64,000 bases of DNA from Raillietiella orientalis (GCA_036172245.1 JAYWIR010000029.1:868001-932000); one strand, 5' to 3'. Shown: positions 1-14,200, counted from the first letter of the stretch. Program-made: numbers and translations. Notes: generated by a model not told the origin, from the letters alone.

Positions 1-1036
1 CCATGAAACCCTCGAGTGCCCAACACGTGCATGAGCGTCCTTCCCTCTTTCTTCCTCCTTTTGGAAAAAGTAAACATCCAAACGTATTGGAGTATTTACG
101 AACCCCGCTTTCCGCATCCTCTTTGCCGGAAATGCACAGGTAAAGGAGCGCACATTAAGACGCGCTCCTGCCATAAACTCATCAAGTTGGGAACGGGAGA
201 AATGACACTCTCCAATCAGAAGCCCATGCTTCCTTCCCCATGTATCTTATCAGTTAGGCAGCCTCATTCCACGGCCTTTATGGTTTCCAAAGATCCCTTT
301 CCTGAGGATTAGGAATGCTTTGGATCTCTCGTGCTCAGGTTTCCCACCGGGGTATACGGTGACCCTTGGTGTTTACAGCCTGCATTTCCAGATTTTTCCA
401 ATCCTCCGTTTCGTGGTCAGTGATTGCAGTAAGTGGCTGGACTGAGAGAGCTCTGAAGGGGTTTTCAGTGTATGAGTGGGTGCTCCTCCCGTGTTCGGTC
501 CCGCGGATTTTTGTATATGTATCAAAAGGGGACGAACGGACTATCAGATTGAAGCCCATCGGACGGGCCCCCCAGCTACCCTTGGTTTTCGCAACTGCCA
601 AGTGCACTTCTCTATCTGCCGAATTAGCATCACCGCGAAGCCATCAGGTTCCCCACCTCTCGACTCTTCTTCGCTCTCAGCTGCTTTTTATGATCGCTGG
701 ATTCTCTTGAAACCGTTCCGCAGAGCGAATACCCCGGGGGTTGCGTTCTCCAATTAGTCTCGAACAATGTGGACTATAAAGTTCAATTCTCGCTCCCGAA
801 TCGGATGCCCTTGCGGTCGTCTTTCGCCAGTTCATCATCTGGAAGCTTCCGAAGGAACACTAAGCCGCCACGAAACCAGCTGCTTTCATCTAGGGGACAG
901 GGTGCAGGAAAATAAAGTCTTTCACCGATGCCTACGGAACAGGAAACTCGGAGGGATTCCTGCGACTCAAGGTCATCACCATCCCTCGAGAGGGATGGTG
1001 GTGATCTGTGGTGATCTTGAGTGACCATCCCCTGAG

Positions 1037-2250
1037 ATGGGTCATTCAACCCAACCGCCTCGAACTTCAAGCTCGAACTTTCCATCCGCTTCTCCCTCCC
1101 TCGCCACATCCAACTCAGAGGCCGTCCTCGCAGCAAGAAGAAACTTCGCAAACGATGGATTACTCACATTTCCAGCGGTGCTCACATTTCCAACGGTGGG
1201 GAAGGAGGCGTCGTCCAGGATTCTCTCTCCGGGAACGACCCTGCTGACGAACGCGTTCGTTCATTCTCGGAAGAGCTTCATTCTGGAATCGACACGCGAC
1301 GAAGTTCGCGACACCCTGCAGATCCGCAGCTCAGATCTTTCGGTTATCTGCGTCGTGCTCACTTGTTTATCATACACTGATTGATGCACAACTTAGTTTG
1401 AGTCTCAGACACGAACTCCTAGGAGTTCTTTAGCAAGGAAACGTCGTAGGAAGTCCAAGAAGGAACATTTTTGGCTGCACGCATTCAGAACAAGGAGAGA
1501 CCCGCTCCTTTGTCCTGCTGCGCAAGAGTATGGGTGCAGCTGCCCTAGAAGAGGGATGTCGTCATGGAAACTCAAAAGTGCTCACAGTAAGAACTCGACT
1601 TCGTTTGCTCTTGGTTTTCCCATGTGTGCACATTACCAAGGAATTTCGACTTCAGATAGAGCCGGTTTTAGTATTAGGCAAATATAGGCATTGCCTAGGG
1701 GCTCCAGGCTACTAAGAACTCCAAATTACAGGATGAAAAATGGCGTTTTTTAATTTTTCGTTTAAATATTTTTCGTTTTTTTTTATGCACGGGGCGCCAA
1801 ATTTTCTTTTGCCTAGTGGCGCCAAACACCCTCGCGCCGCAACTGACTCCAGATCCCCGCTGAGACGAAGCAACAGACTTTCTTCGCGGATCTTCCAGAA
1901 GTAGTAACGAATCCCTTTATCGACGGGGGTACTTTCCCGTCAATGAAGGGATTCGTTTGCCGCGCGGACGATATCGTTCCTTTCTGCCGAGGCAATCCTC
2001 CAGGAAGCCATGCCCTTTCGGATCCAGCCTCTCACTCCGCAGACCATTCTCGGGTACCCCAACGGCTTCCCGCAGAGGTCACCGTTTGCCCCGTGGTTTC
2101 GGAACCTCGAACTCAGGTCGACCTGTCCCTATCCCATCACGTGGTTTCCCCTTCACCCCTTCACCTCCTGAACGCAATCCACACGAGTCGCGATTCCCTT
2201 CTGACGACTTCGCGTCGTTGGCCTACGCTGCGTGGACTTGGCACTGCGTA
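1037..2250 (+). CDS. Possible additional upstream Ser/Thr/Pro-rich linker exons of the Np-like protease
   Basis: ORF segments 1037-about 1196 (GHSTQPPRTSSSNFPSASPSLATSNSE), about 1853-1928 (IPAETKQQTFFADLPEVVTNPFIDG, between tccag| and |gtactt) and about 1992-2247 (GNPPGSHALSDPASHSADH...). Composition is linker-like and splice sites are plausible, but there is no conserved motif. Confidence 0.25.
1657..1845. mobile_element. hAT-type MITE
   Basis: Ends TAGAGCCGG..TAGGCAAA..TTGCCTAGGGGC and GGGGCGCCAAA..TTGCCTAGTGGCGCC..CGCGCCGCAACTG resemble hAT MITE termini. Flanked by a near-identical 8-bp TSD, ACTTCAGA (1649-1656) and ACTCCAGA (1846-1853). Confidence 0.6.
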
Positions 2251-4084
2251 CGGGTTCCTCCGCGCGCAGCTGGGTCGTCGTCCTCGCGGCCGCGAAGCAC
2301 CGCTGGCTCTCCCTACGCGGACCTGCGAGCTGCTCCGCTGTTTATTCTGCACAGAAACTTTTTCGCTCTCGGCCCCGCATTCCATATCTCCACGAGGCAC
2401 ACTCATTTCCGGCTGGACCTTTTTTGGCCTGGTTTCCACTTGAGAGTGCTGCTCGGTGGACGCATTTCACCTCACTCCTGAGAGATTGGATGCAATTACC
2501 CCTCGGGATGTTGCGGACGATGAGCGTCGAATCGGTCTTTCCGAAGCACAGAAGTTCTGACGCGCTGGCTGGACGCGTGGGATTGGTCGACCAGTTCAAC
2601 GCCGGGTTCATCCGTGTGCACTTCCCGGATGAGAGGATTCTCGTGATCACCACTCATTGTCACTAGCAACTGACTCTCAAACCGACAGGGTAGCGGGAGT
2701 CGATTCCTCGTCAAAGCATGAATCTTCAGAATCGTCTCCAGAATTTTCTTTTATCTTTTCGAGCGACTCGGTTTCTTGGTAGTCTCTAAGCATGCCGAAG
2801 CCAACCGAGTCCCTTGACTCCCTTGGAGTCTGGATGCTGAGATCACTTGTTCTCTCCCGATTGCTTGTCTTCCTCGCCCCGTGTTCCCCTGTAGGTTCAG
2901 ATAACTCACCTATGCAAACAGAATACCTGAGTGGCTACCACGCCCTCTACGTCAGAAACGCTCTTTACCAGTTTCCCTCACAGTCTGCCTGATGCACGAG
3001 TCTTCTCTGGCTCGCCTTGATTTCCCCTCGCGACCTTGAGCTCCTGAAACACCCTATGGATGGCCTAGTCCCGAGGAAAGAAAGCTCTGGACGAAGGAAA
3101 AAAAAAGATACATCAGAGATGTATGAAGCAACCACAGGATGCTTAAAGCTGCGAAACAGCGATCAAAACTGTTCCATCTTACTGCAAATTCCCGAGCCAC
3201 CGAAGTCTAATGGGAGAGATTCCCCTTTCCCTGACGGCAGAAGTCTCGAAGGTTTCCATTATGGTCCCGTGGTGGTATTGGCGGAAGCCTTCCGTCGAAT
3301 CTGCGGCCTGCGATCACTGGTCTGGATCGTTCGTGGCAACCGCATGATGGCACTGGACATCCGTTGCCCGTTCGAGGGCGGGAGGGAGGCGTTCAGCACG
3401 ACCAGGAAAAGTCAGATGCAGGATCACAAAGAAGTGGTCCCTCCGGCTAAACATAGAAGGGAAGCGATGCACAGCTCATGCTTTCCTCGTCGGTTTCCTA
3501 GGAACCTGGGATCCGGAAAACGAAGAGGTGCTGCACGCCCCTGGAGTCCTAGGAAGCACTCGGAAAGGATGAGATGTACCTCATAGTGCAGGCGTGCGTT
3601 CAATGATCCAGGAATATCGCATCACAAGAAGAATGCCAGAGGAGACCGGAACCAGTCTGCAGCCGGAAAAATCCTGCGAGCTGCTCTCACGAGAAGACAT
3701 CGCATCGGAGGAAGGGATGCTGAAAACACACCAGAATAAGGGGCAACAAACACCCCAGATAGATAGATGAGGAGACCCGGAAGGAAATGAAAAAAGAGCC
3801 ACCCTCCCTCTGCAATGCCTTATTGAGTATCCTTGAAGGATAAAAACAAGACGCGCGAGGACCATCATTGCCGCTGGAGTCTCCGAGAGACACTCGACTC
3901 AATATTTCGGGGACCACGCGCCTCCTGGGTGTCTTTATCCCTCGCGCTCCATGAGCTTCCTGTAAGACTCAACCCATTCTTTGGAGGCATGGTGTGCGCG
4001 CGGTGTTTCCTCCCGTCTGATTGAACATAGGCGAAAGGGTCAGCGCAGAAGTGGACGGGGTGTACCCGGGTATTGGGAACGGCG

Positions 4085-4335
4085 GTCAGCTGCAAGCGGA
4101 CGGGCGTTTTGGTGTGGGCAAAGCAGCGGAAGGTCGGCTGCTCCGCTGCTTATAGCTCATGCAGGTGATGGCAGCCCAGTGGGATTTTCTCCAACATCCC
4201 CCCCACCTCTCCTCCATCCTCCCATCTCGGTTCGTGCGCAACCTGGCATCCCACACCCTGTGTCGTCGCCTTCTCTTCCTTCTCCAGATCGCTGGCCCAC
4301 TCAGGCCCACCATAAAGTCTTGTTCGCGCATGAGC
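4085..4335 (-). mobile_element. Possible PIF/Harbinger transposase N-terminal remnant
   Basis: RRKRRRRHRVW followed by GCHHLHEL*AAEQPTFRCF resembles the Harbinger N-terminal motif RRR.WV..R..G.YH.L..EL...FR.F. Confidence 0.3.
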
Positions 4336-5208
4336 GATTTCGAACTGGCTGCTTCACCCTCTCCCTGCCTGAGGGCAGCACCAGCGGCATCAAGGTCTCT
4401 TCACAGATTTGATGACTTCCGGAGTATCTCTGGCTGTCAGCGCCGCTCCTACAACCCCTCCTCCGTAAAGCTGGCGACACGCGGCGCTTAGGGTCAAGTG
4501 CGCTCGTGAGGGGGCGGGGCGAGGACCTTCAATCCGAGCGCCCCTACCGTGGCTTCCTCGGGATTGCGGGAGGGGGGCAAGGAGCACCATATCTGGGGCG
4601 AGCGGAGGAAAAAGGAAACCCAGGTGTGTCGGCGGGAAGAGCGATTTCCCTCCCTCGCCCCTTCCCCACCGTGCGCGGGGCTCCGCCGGGAGCGGCGCTT
4701 TTCGGGTCCCGTCTCTCTCCCTCTCTCCGCCTGCTCGAGACGGGGCGCCCGCGAATTCCCGGAGGCGGCACTGACTGCTCGCGGCAAGCCCGCTCCCCCA
4801 GCCCTGCTTCCTTTTGCTCCCAGTCCTCCTTAGATTCGTTCCCAGGCTTCGGTAGTGGAGATCCTTCGATTCCCAGCCACGAGCACGCCCCTTCTTCATC
4901 CCGAAGGTGTATCTAGGGTCTCTGTCGGCGCCTGGAGCTTCCGACCGGTCGCCATTGGGCCGGTGCATTCGGATTCCCTCGAGAGGACCCGACCACTTGG
5001 GCTCCCCGCAATTCGATGCTGGACTGTGACCTTTCCGTTCCCTTGTGGATCCGAAGCGACGCTTCCTTTGAGTAATCCCTCTGCAGTCCCTCCTTCTCCT
5101 TCGCTCAAGCTGACCTCATGACCGCTCCTTGGGAATACTCCGGACGATCCCAGTCCTGTGTCCGTCCTGACTCATGCCTGCGTGCAGTGGACCCAGGAGG
5201 AGGCTTGA

Positions 5209-8200
5209 ATGGGGGGGAGGGAGGGCGGAACGCACTGGTTCCCCTTCTGCCTCCCTTCGTCTTCACGCTTCTGGTTTCACAAGTCACCACTAGAGGATCC
5301 ACAGACTTCCGGCTTGGTACAAAGTCTCTCAGGAAAAGACTCACAGTCGTCAGTAACCAAGCAATCGCGAGAAAGCTCGTCTCCCTCCCTCCTCTCCCCT
5401 TCCTCCCACACCATTCCCGAAAACGAACGGCAACCTAGGCAGCGATTTCCCCAGCCGTGCCTCTCTGCCCATTTGATTAGATGCTCGGATGAACCTTCCC
5501 GTTTCGTTCCAGAGGACCTGCAAGAGTCGTCGAAATCCCATGCGAGTGCAGCGTCTACGCCGATCATGTTAGGCGAAAGTGGCCAGGAATCCGTCCCGGG
5601 AAGCAGCGAGGGTACTCCTCCCGCGTACACATCGACATCCACGGAGGAGGTCATCACCGAAGGCTCCAGCCAAACCTTCGGCCAGTCCTCCCTAGAATCC
5701 GAAGATCCCTTTCTCACGAGTCTGGAGGCCTCGGCGACACCACAAAGAACTGCCACCCCTACGGCCTCAACGCCCGACTTCACCTCCCCCAACGCGACGC
5801 TGTCCACGGGAAGCCGTCCTGGCACCACTGCTTGGGTCGACTCGATCTCCTACGAAACGGAGGGAGCGCCGAAACCTTCCATGGGCCTGAATGCCCACTA
5901 CACAGAAGGTAAGTCCTCGTTCCTCGTGCCCGTAGGCGGAACTCGGGCACTCGTACAAGCCGTGCTTTCGGTTCTCCTCTCACGCTCTGCGTAAAATCCA
6001 CTGGAGGCAGCAGGGAAGCAGCAGCCACGCCTCTATTCTTAGGGGGAATTGCGGATTTTTCTGACCCTTTCGAAACCATTTGCTTCCCCGCGTGCCCAAG
6101 GGAGGCGGCAGTCCAAGACGAAAATGTCTTGGGATGCTTCCGTTTCAGTCTACGAAATGGGATGCATTGCGTTTTCGTTTCCATGGTTTCGCTGCAGTTT
6201 CTCGATCCACGAATCCCATCTGCGTTTTTTTTCCTTCACGATCTCTCGTTCCTCCTCTTCTCTTCCCCCTGACTTCATTTCCTACGTGGGCTTTGGCGAA
6301 CTCACCCTACTTTTATACTTCTCGGCGTTTTCGCCACCCATTCGCTTTTCCTTTGGATCCCCCGGGGACGTCCGCACAGGGTGCCGCTGCCTTTTCTTCT
6401 TCATCTCCCCGTTTCATCGAAAGCGCGGATCGCAAAGGCAGCAAACAGCAAGCTTGACGTACGTTTGCGTCACGCTTGCGATACCTTTGCGCGTGAACAA
6501 AATGAAATGATGGGAAAAGGGGGAAAGTGGGAAAGGGCGTCCATGGTTGCGGGTCCTTCTTTCTTCCTGCTGCCTCGTCTCCCTAGATCTGAGCCGAAGA
6601 GCACAGGGAGTTTCGAGTCAAGCGGAGCGCCGTGCAAGTGAACTGCGGCCGTTGTTGAGCTCCTTTGGATAACCGTGCAACTCTGGAAGCTGAATTCCTC
6701 TTTTTTTTTTTTTTTTTACTTGTGTTACCATCGCACGACCCTTAGGATTCATTCTCTGCCCTCTTCCCAAGTTCACTCAAGTCTCCTGGTGCAGACGAGG
6801 CAGAAATCGAACCTTCTGCTAAGTACAGGATGCTTGAGAAGGAGAACAGGGATTTCTCCCTGGAGATGTTTCCACGTGCGGGCCGCTGGAACCCGAAACG
6901 CACGTGCAGTTCATTTCTCCCAAGGTTCTCCCTCTTCCAGGTTTCCGTGGGAGTAATGGAACAGCGGTTCCACGGACTCCTTCCTCCGGAGTCTTCCCAG
7001 ATTCCCAGTGTTGGCCTTCCGGGGTCATCCCCTAACTGGAAGAGTTGCTCTCTTCCACGGGTGGCGTGGACGATGTTAAAGGAGAGAGGACCGTTCATGT
7101 GTTTCCTATCATGCGGATCACGTGACTGTTGTTGAGTTCTCTTGGAAGGCAAATCCGTTTGCCACCATCCACCGGTGGCGCTCCCGACACACCGAACAGG
7201 ACACACTACCGCGATTCCCTCACTTTCATAATCCAACGAGACTTCACGGCAGCTGGAGACACGAATCGCATCCTGTAGACTTTCTGCGGCGTCGGAGATC
7301 ACGTGTCCTTAGCGGATTTCCCTGGGGACTTCGTAAAGTCAGGGAAGAAAAAGGGTGCCTTCTTGGTCACCCATGCTCTCGCTCTGTATTCCGGTTAACG
7401 AATCTGAAGCAAAGTGGTCCTCGTACTGCCTTAAATTTCATCTGGCGCCAGTTCCAAAGAATTCTTTGTTTTGCTGCCACGTTTCAGAGAAAATTTCCTT
7501 ATGGTTCCCACAACGCGAGGACGGATCTTTTGCATGGCGAGTATCCAGCCTGCCCACGGAAATCAAACGCAGATCCAAAAATTATGCCCCTCTCTTTCCC
7601 TCAATCCACTTCCGCTTCCGCATTGCTTTCTCATGGAATCCAGTAGAAAATGACTGCTCGCCATCCGTCGCGGAGCATGGAAGATGTACGAAGAATGCCG
7701 TGACGTGTCTCATTTTTTCCAGGCGTACTCATGCAAGATATGAAAAGAAAAATATTTAAAAAAAAAAAATGGCTTCCTTCCTGCATCATTATAGGATGGA
7801 AGTCGAGGGTTCTGACTTGTAGTGCTCCTCACCCTTTATGGTTTTCTTCGTCATATCGTTTGCGGCAGTAAGAGTTGGAGAAGAAATTTCCGATTCCAGC
7901 AGCTGAAGCTGGTCAAGACCAGAAGACTCCAGAGCCTAGGATCGCGTAACTTCGGTACTGATTTCAAAATAGGAACACGAAAGAATGAAGACCTTTACGG
8001 AGCAGGCCCCCACGAAGGGCACATGCTGCATTTCATGTGCAAGCAGGACCATACGTCAAGAGGGTATGGGCAAAACTATCCTGGAATTTTTGGAAAAAGA
8101 TAAAAGAGGATTCAAAGCTCATGAAAATTTTCTCATATGCAAGAGACATCCTCTACTGAAGTGCTTCTATTGCGAATTTCCTTTTCAAAGATCGGTGTGG

Positions 8201-11200
8201 GTTTCCCGTCGGATCTTCATTCTGTTTGCATTTGCATTTACCCGGAATCTGTTGCTTTCGGACTTCACCTAGGAAGTGCAGTCAAGATGCAACCTTCCAG
8301 TTGTTGAATTCTCTTCATTTCTTTACTTCTATCCAAAGATGATGCGCTACCTCGAGTTGTCAAATGATGAAATGATGCTCAGTTTCTCCAAGTTTTATGG
8401 AGTCGTTTCCTCTTGATGCGGATTCATTTTTTTTTTGCCTTGTTGAGTTCTGAGCCCCGACGAATAAAGGTGGTCAGTGTTTTCTGCCTCGGGAAACCCT
8501 TGCTTGCTGTTCTGAAGCGAGTTTTTTGAGAAGATAATTTTTTCCTCCAATTCGTCTGAGTTTTTACGTAATACCCGAATGACCTTAGCGTGTGCATGCA
8601 TTTATTTCTAGAAAATTCAATTTTCTTTTTTTTTAATGGTTTTTGATTGGCACTTTCTTCAAGCATTTCTAAGAGGAATGTAGAGGTGCTTAAAGAAACA
8701 ACAGTAGAAATCTGCGAGCTCCGATCTTTCCAATCCTGGAACAAACAGGATTGTAAGAGATGCCGGCGCGACGGAGTCCTTGGGAGCTTGGCAGAACTGC
8801 CTTTTACAGAAGTTAAATGAACTAAGTGAGGTGAGATCGCAACGAATTGGTTTAGCAATATTTTACGAGAGCAAGAGCTCCCAGTTTCCCGTGGTGAAGA
8901 CGTCAATTTTTGCGTTCCCTTTTTCGCATGCTCCTTCACCGGATGATCTCGACGAACCGCACGCTTCCCCCATATATGTGAGATATGCAAATTCTCCTCA
9001 GACAATTTCGAAGGTACTTGGAACGAGTCCTCCCCAAAAAGTTGCCTCTTCCTCCGTGGGAGGCTAAGTTTTGCCTTTGAGGGAATGACAAAAAATGAAC
9101 GTTTAGCTCGGAGGAGCTTTTAGTAGGACAGATGGAAACTGGATAGCGGTCAAGAAATCAAGTGGCGCGGAGTAGAATAAGATGAACTTGTCAGCACCGT
9201 AGCTGAGGCAACAGATTTTCGGTTGGGTTGTTTTTCGGTCAGTGCTGCAATAGATGCATTCCTTGCTCCTGTAAATGGCTGGAACCATTCAGTCAGTGCA
9301 ACAGGCGTGTCAGCAAAGATGAAATGAAATCACTTTTCTAATATGAAATGAGGCCTTAATGGCAAAATGCTCGCCGGAGGGATTTCAATCATATTTCCCG
9401 GAACATGCTTTTAACGTCTGCTCTTCACCTCAGTGTCTCTCAACCTCACGAACCTTGCTCTTGATCTTTTGAGTCAGGAGCAGAATATGGGATTTTGGAT
9501 GATGTCTTCGATAATTCTGTACGTAAAATCTGCAGAGATTCTTACTCACAAAACTACTGTTCCTCTGTTCGTGAACACGTGAGATGTGTGCCAGAGAAAG
9601 GAGCAAAAAGTGCATGCTGGAGGCAAGAGTTCAAGAGCACTGCCTTTTCCTTGGTTACGGATTCACGCGTCTAAGTAGCATCCACAGTCCTCTCTGAACC
9701 TCTCACCTTTCAGGATCTAATGTGGACTAAGATGGTATTGAAAAAAAGAATTTTCCTTTTTAAGATGGGTTTTCGCCAAGCAGACGTCGGTCTGATGTGA
9801 AAACTTCAAACGATTGCCTCACTTTCTTAAGTTGCCATGCGACACACGGATCTCGGGTGTCTCAAAAGGAAAATAAGAAGGATGAACAGAGGAACATGGT
9901 ACTGAGGGCCACTGTGACCTCTCATCGTCTGATAGCTCGTAAATGCGAAGAAGGTCAATGCAGTGCTCGCCAGCACGTTCATGCACTCTTTGAATTCCGC
10001 AGTTAACCGAAAACCCAGCTAAAGACAACAGAACGGAAGAGATCAGAGATCAGATTTCTCGGCTCAGGACATCACGCTAAAATCTCGCTTCCACCCAAGG
10101 TTACAGCATTCCTAACTTGGACAAAAAAAGACAAACATTATCGATGCAGCTATTAGGCAGCAAATTTAAGGGAAAAGCGATGAACGTACAGAGACGTGCA
10201 AACATTCCAAGATGAGGTGGTATACGTGGATCATATTGGTGCGACTGTACAGCTCCCACTGTGACCACCTGCGAAGTGAACCCGTGAATAATTCAGGTAA
10301 ATCGAAGAGGTTAGTACTCGAAATGCCTGTTGCTTGTCTTCTTGACGAGATAGCGAGCATAGCGGTGAGAGTTATCCGTGGCTTCCGGTGAAGCGTTGCG
10401 CTCAGAGAGATGACGCCCCCCTTCGGATTAAACTCGATTTCAAGTAGCAATTCCTCCGTGTCACTCAGTCGGCAAACAGAGTTCACGGAGCATTTTTGGT
10501 TTTCCCGATGCTGAGTTGGAAACGGCGCTTTCCCTGTATCTCCCCCTAGTTACCTGAATTTTTAAATGCTCCAACGTCAGGAATGTATATTCAGTAATTA
10601 TACATTCGATAAAGCAAAGGGAACACTCTTTACTCAGTGGATGCTTTCGCAGTCTCCCAAATCCTAAAAAATGATGACATGGAACTTTCGGATCCAAAGT
10701 TCGGAATAAGTGTCTCGTTCAGAACACATGTGATGATTGAGCATCCCTCAAAACGTCAGAATGCACCGTCCATGCAGCGATCGCAAACTACACGGATCCA
10801 GTGACAGCGGCTGTTGAATTTGTAACTTTTTTTTTTCCTGCCCTGTCTGAAGGAAAAAATGGACCTTTTTTTTTCCTCCTTTTTTTTCTTCCACTCGATT
10901 TCCTGACCCTTGGCCGTCTGAGAATGCGTGGAGGTTAAATCTCGAGCCTTCCACAAGAGTCATTTTTTTTTTATCTTTGTCGAAAGGATAATCCTCTTGA
11001 GCGGTACGCTGTTTGTGCCGCAACAAGAGTTCAGTTTCATTTCTCCGGTAATTCCGCATTCCTTCTGCATTGGGCAATTCTGAAGGCCGTACTCTCATAT
11101 GTTACTTGAGATCCCTAACTGATCATCAAATGCCACGTCCAGCCGCTTGTTTCATCTGCTTCATCAGTCCCGAAAGATCAGAAGATTCGATCAGCGGTCT

Positions 11201-14200
11201 CGTGATCGCCATTTGACCGTAGGGTGAAGCGTTCTCTCCACTGAAGTTCCATTTGGTTGATGCCTTCCATTTTAAATACGAGCGTTCTTCGTGAAACCAG
11301 ACGCAGTCTTGAAACAGCACGAGACTGTGAGCATGGGAGCACCTTGGGAATTCGCCGGATCACGTCGAGTGCAAGAACTGCGTGTCGGAGGTTTCTGGAG
11401 GGAACCGGTGAAATTTTTTCAAAGGAGCTAAGAAACAGAGGCAGGTCACGTGGATGGAGAAATCTCTGTGTGCAGCAGGTTGAAGACGGATAGGAGCACC
11501 ACGGGACTCAACGTGTTCAACTGTCTGTCCTCTCGGAATGCTTGAAACTCTCTCCGAGACCTCGGTTTTGCCGATCCTCCTTGACCTCGTTCTTGCGCTT
11601 CGGTGAAGGCAGCCACGGTCTCCAATCATTCGTGAGGAGCACGGCTTATCCAAAGACTAGGATAGGTTACGGAAGTGCGGAATGTTCAACATGGATCGTA
11701 TCGGGTGCAGGTGCACCGTTTCATCGTTGGAATTATTTTCCCGAGCTTCATGGACCATAAGAAACTCCCAGTAGCGAAAACAGGCCAGGACATGAAAAAA
11801 CCAGGTGCTCTTTTTTTCAGCTGCACCTTCAACGAATCAGCAAAACTACGCCGAGGTAAAGACGCTTTGCAGAGATCGCGAGTCGCGTTGGGACGCAGTC
11901 ACCCGACTTCCCTCATTTGTGAATGCGCTGAGAAAATGTCCAAGGATTGCAGGAGACGCGCGGTGGATCAAAGCGTTGGAGGCGGTGGTTCCCTTGCCTG
12001 GATTCAGGAACGCTGAGCCTAGGGTGGCGAGTCAGAGAGCGAATTCGTGAGCATCGGAAGAGGGGCAAGCGTGGTAACCAGTCAGTCAGTCTCTTTGCAC
12101 ATGCTGCAACTTGGACCAGCTGCTGGAAAGTGCGGAGCAGAAGAAGCACCAGCACAATTCGGCAAAACGAGTTGTAATGATGCAAGTTTTCCAGGCTAGC
12201 AATTTTTCTCATAGATAGCTGAGGGCGTCTGCGCGCTGGGACGGTGAGAGGAGTCGAGCTTTCGCGGAGGTTATTTCGGACGGCAAGTCTCTTCTCATGG
12301 GCACCTGCTATTGCGTTTGCTTGATCCCTGAGGCTGGATGGTTGGCTCTTAATGTCATCCGTGCCGATCGCGATCTTCAGCAATTCATCTGGAGTGTTAG
12401 TGCATGAGCACACTCTCGAGATACGGTTTCGGTGCTGCGTACCGATCTTATCGGCTTCTGCTCCAAGGCATTCCGTCACCGTTTTGCCACCGAAATCGTT
12501 GCTGGCTTCGTCCTGGAGCTGCGTCTAGAAACTTTTCCCAAACAGAGCAGTTTTCATGCTCAGCTCCACTTTGCATTCCATTATGTGACAACAGCTGTGC
12601 CTTTAAGACTCGTGCCGCTTTCTTAAGGCCTGGCACATTCCTCACCGATGGGCGACGAATGAAATTTTTCTTTTTAAAGAGCTGCGTTGACCTTTCAGAG
12701 GTTTCTCGATCCAACTGCCCTCTCCTAGTCATCTTTTCCTTGAATTTCATCCGTTTTCCACATCTGTTGAAGTCTTTTGTTCTTTTCTTCGATTTTAGAA
12801 CGGAACGCAGAGAGATGAGAAAGAATTCCAAGGTGCATGGAAGCAAGGATGCGCCAGCATCCAGATGGAAGGAGAGGTAGTGGTTTTCGATCGCAACAGT
12901 GTGAGGGCCAGCAAGAGGCGATTACCGTTTATGATCGTGAAACACTGACCGAAAATTGCAGCATCTCTTTGAAGCTCATTTTCCAGGACCAACGGTGTAG
13001 TTTCTAAAATACCGCACGCCTCGGAATACGAACTCTCCCTCTTATCCGCACAATGTCTTTGCAACAACAGAGTTCCACCTTATTGTCCCTCTCCTCGTTA
13101 AAGGTGGAATTATCAGTTTGTTTTCGTGGTCATCAGCAGACGCGAAAAAAACACACACACACACACACGGGATAAGAAAAGGTCGAATTCAGAACAATTC
13201 CGCATTAAAAACGGAGATAATGGTTTCCAGTCCACTACCGCACCTTCTGGATGCTGCTGCATCCGTGCTTGTAAGCACCTTGGTATGGTAGAATGTTTCA
13301 GTCGGCTCGAAAAAGCTGAGGTGTCCTTTTTCGGTCCTTTGTCCTCATTTAAACTAAGCGATCCGCAGTGCCTCTTGTATATCTGATTCCAAATCACTGA
13401 GCAGCGGGGGCAGAATTTTCTTCTTTTTTTCCTTTCCTTTCATCATTGCTGGAAGATCTCTCCGTTTACTCCGATGTTTTGCTTTCAGTTTGCGGCCGTC
13501 CAGTATGGCCTACTGGAAGAATTGTCGGTGGGACGAAAGCGGATTTCGGAGAATGGCCTTGGCAGGTAAGCACTGGTTCATTCCGGGGGGCTCTCAGGGT
13601 TCATGGTTTTCCTTTTTGCACCTCACAATTCTAACCCAATTCCTGTATTTCTGAAAAGGCTGTGAATGTTACTGAAAAAGGCACAAGGGAGGGAATCGAA
13701 GAAGTTTTTTGCTTTGCCCAAAAGAGTGAACCCTTCTTTTTTACTGTTTTCAGTCCTTAGTCTATTTTGCTGATTGATTTTTACATTGAGTTCTACCGTT
13801 GGTGGGTTTTCAAAGCTCCCACTATTCCGGCTGCCTACAATAATCTTATGCACTCCTACCTGCCCTTCCATGTGTTTGTTTTTCCGAAACCTTTTAGAGT
13901 GTTAGATGTCCACTTCAGTGAGGCCGATCATTGGGCACTCATGGTCATCGAGCGTACACGCAGACTCCAAATCTTCCTTCACCTTACGAAGAAATGAAAT
14001 TTGGATCAGCTCACTGCTTTCATTTGATTCTATTTTTTCCTTACCTTTCCTTTTATCCCTTAGTGGGGAAAACGGAACTCAATTCCCATACGGCCGATCA
14101 CTGGCTGAGGGTTTAATGTATGCTCTTACCAACACCACGTTGTTCTCACGAATCCCTTTATCGTGTATTCTTGTAGATTACTGGAAAGATTTTCAGGGAT

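Noticed and set aside
11135..11175. Minus-strand CTGATGA..GAAAC hammerhead core
   Set aside because: Stem II is only about 1 bp and no stem I or III can be formed.
12325..12450. Degenerate hammerhead-like motifs next to the Penelope remnant
   Set aside because: Core nucleotides deviate at several positions (CTGAGGC..GTGCC; CCGATAA..GAAAC), so they cannot be supported.
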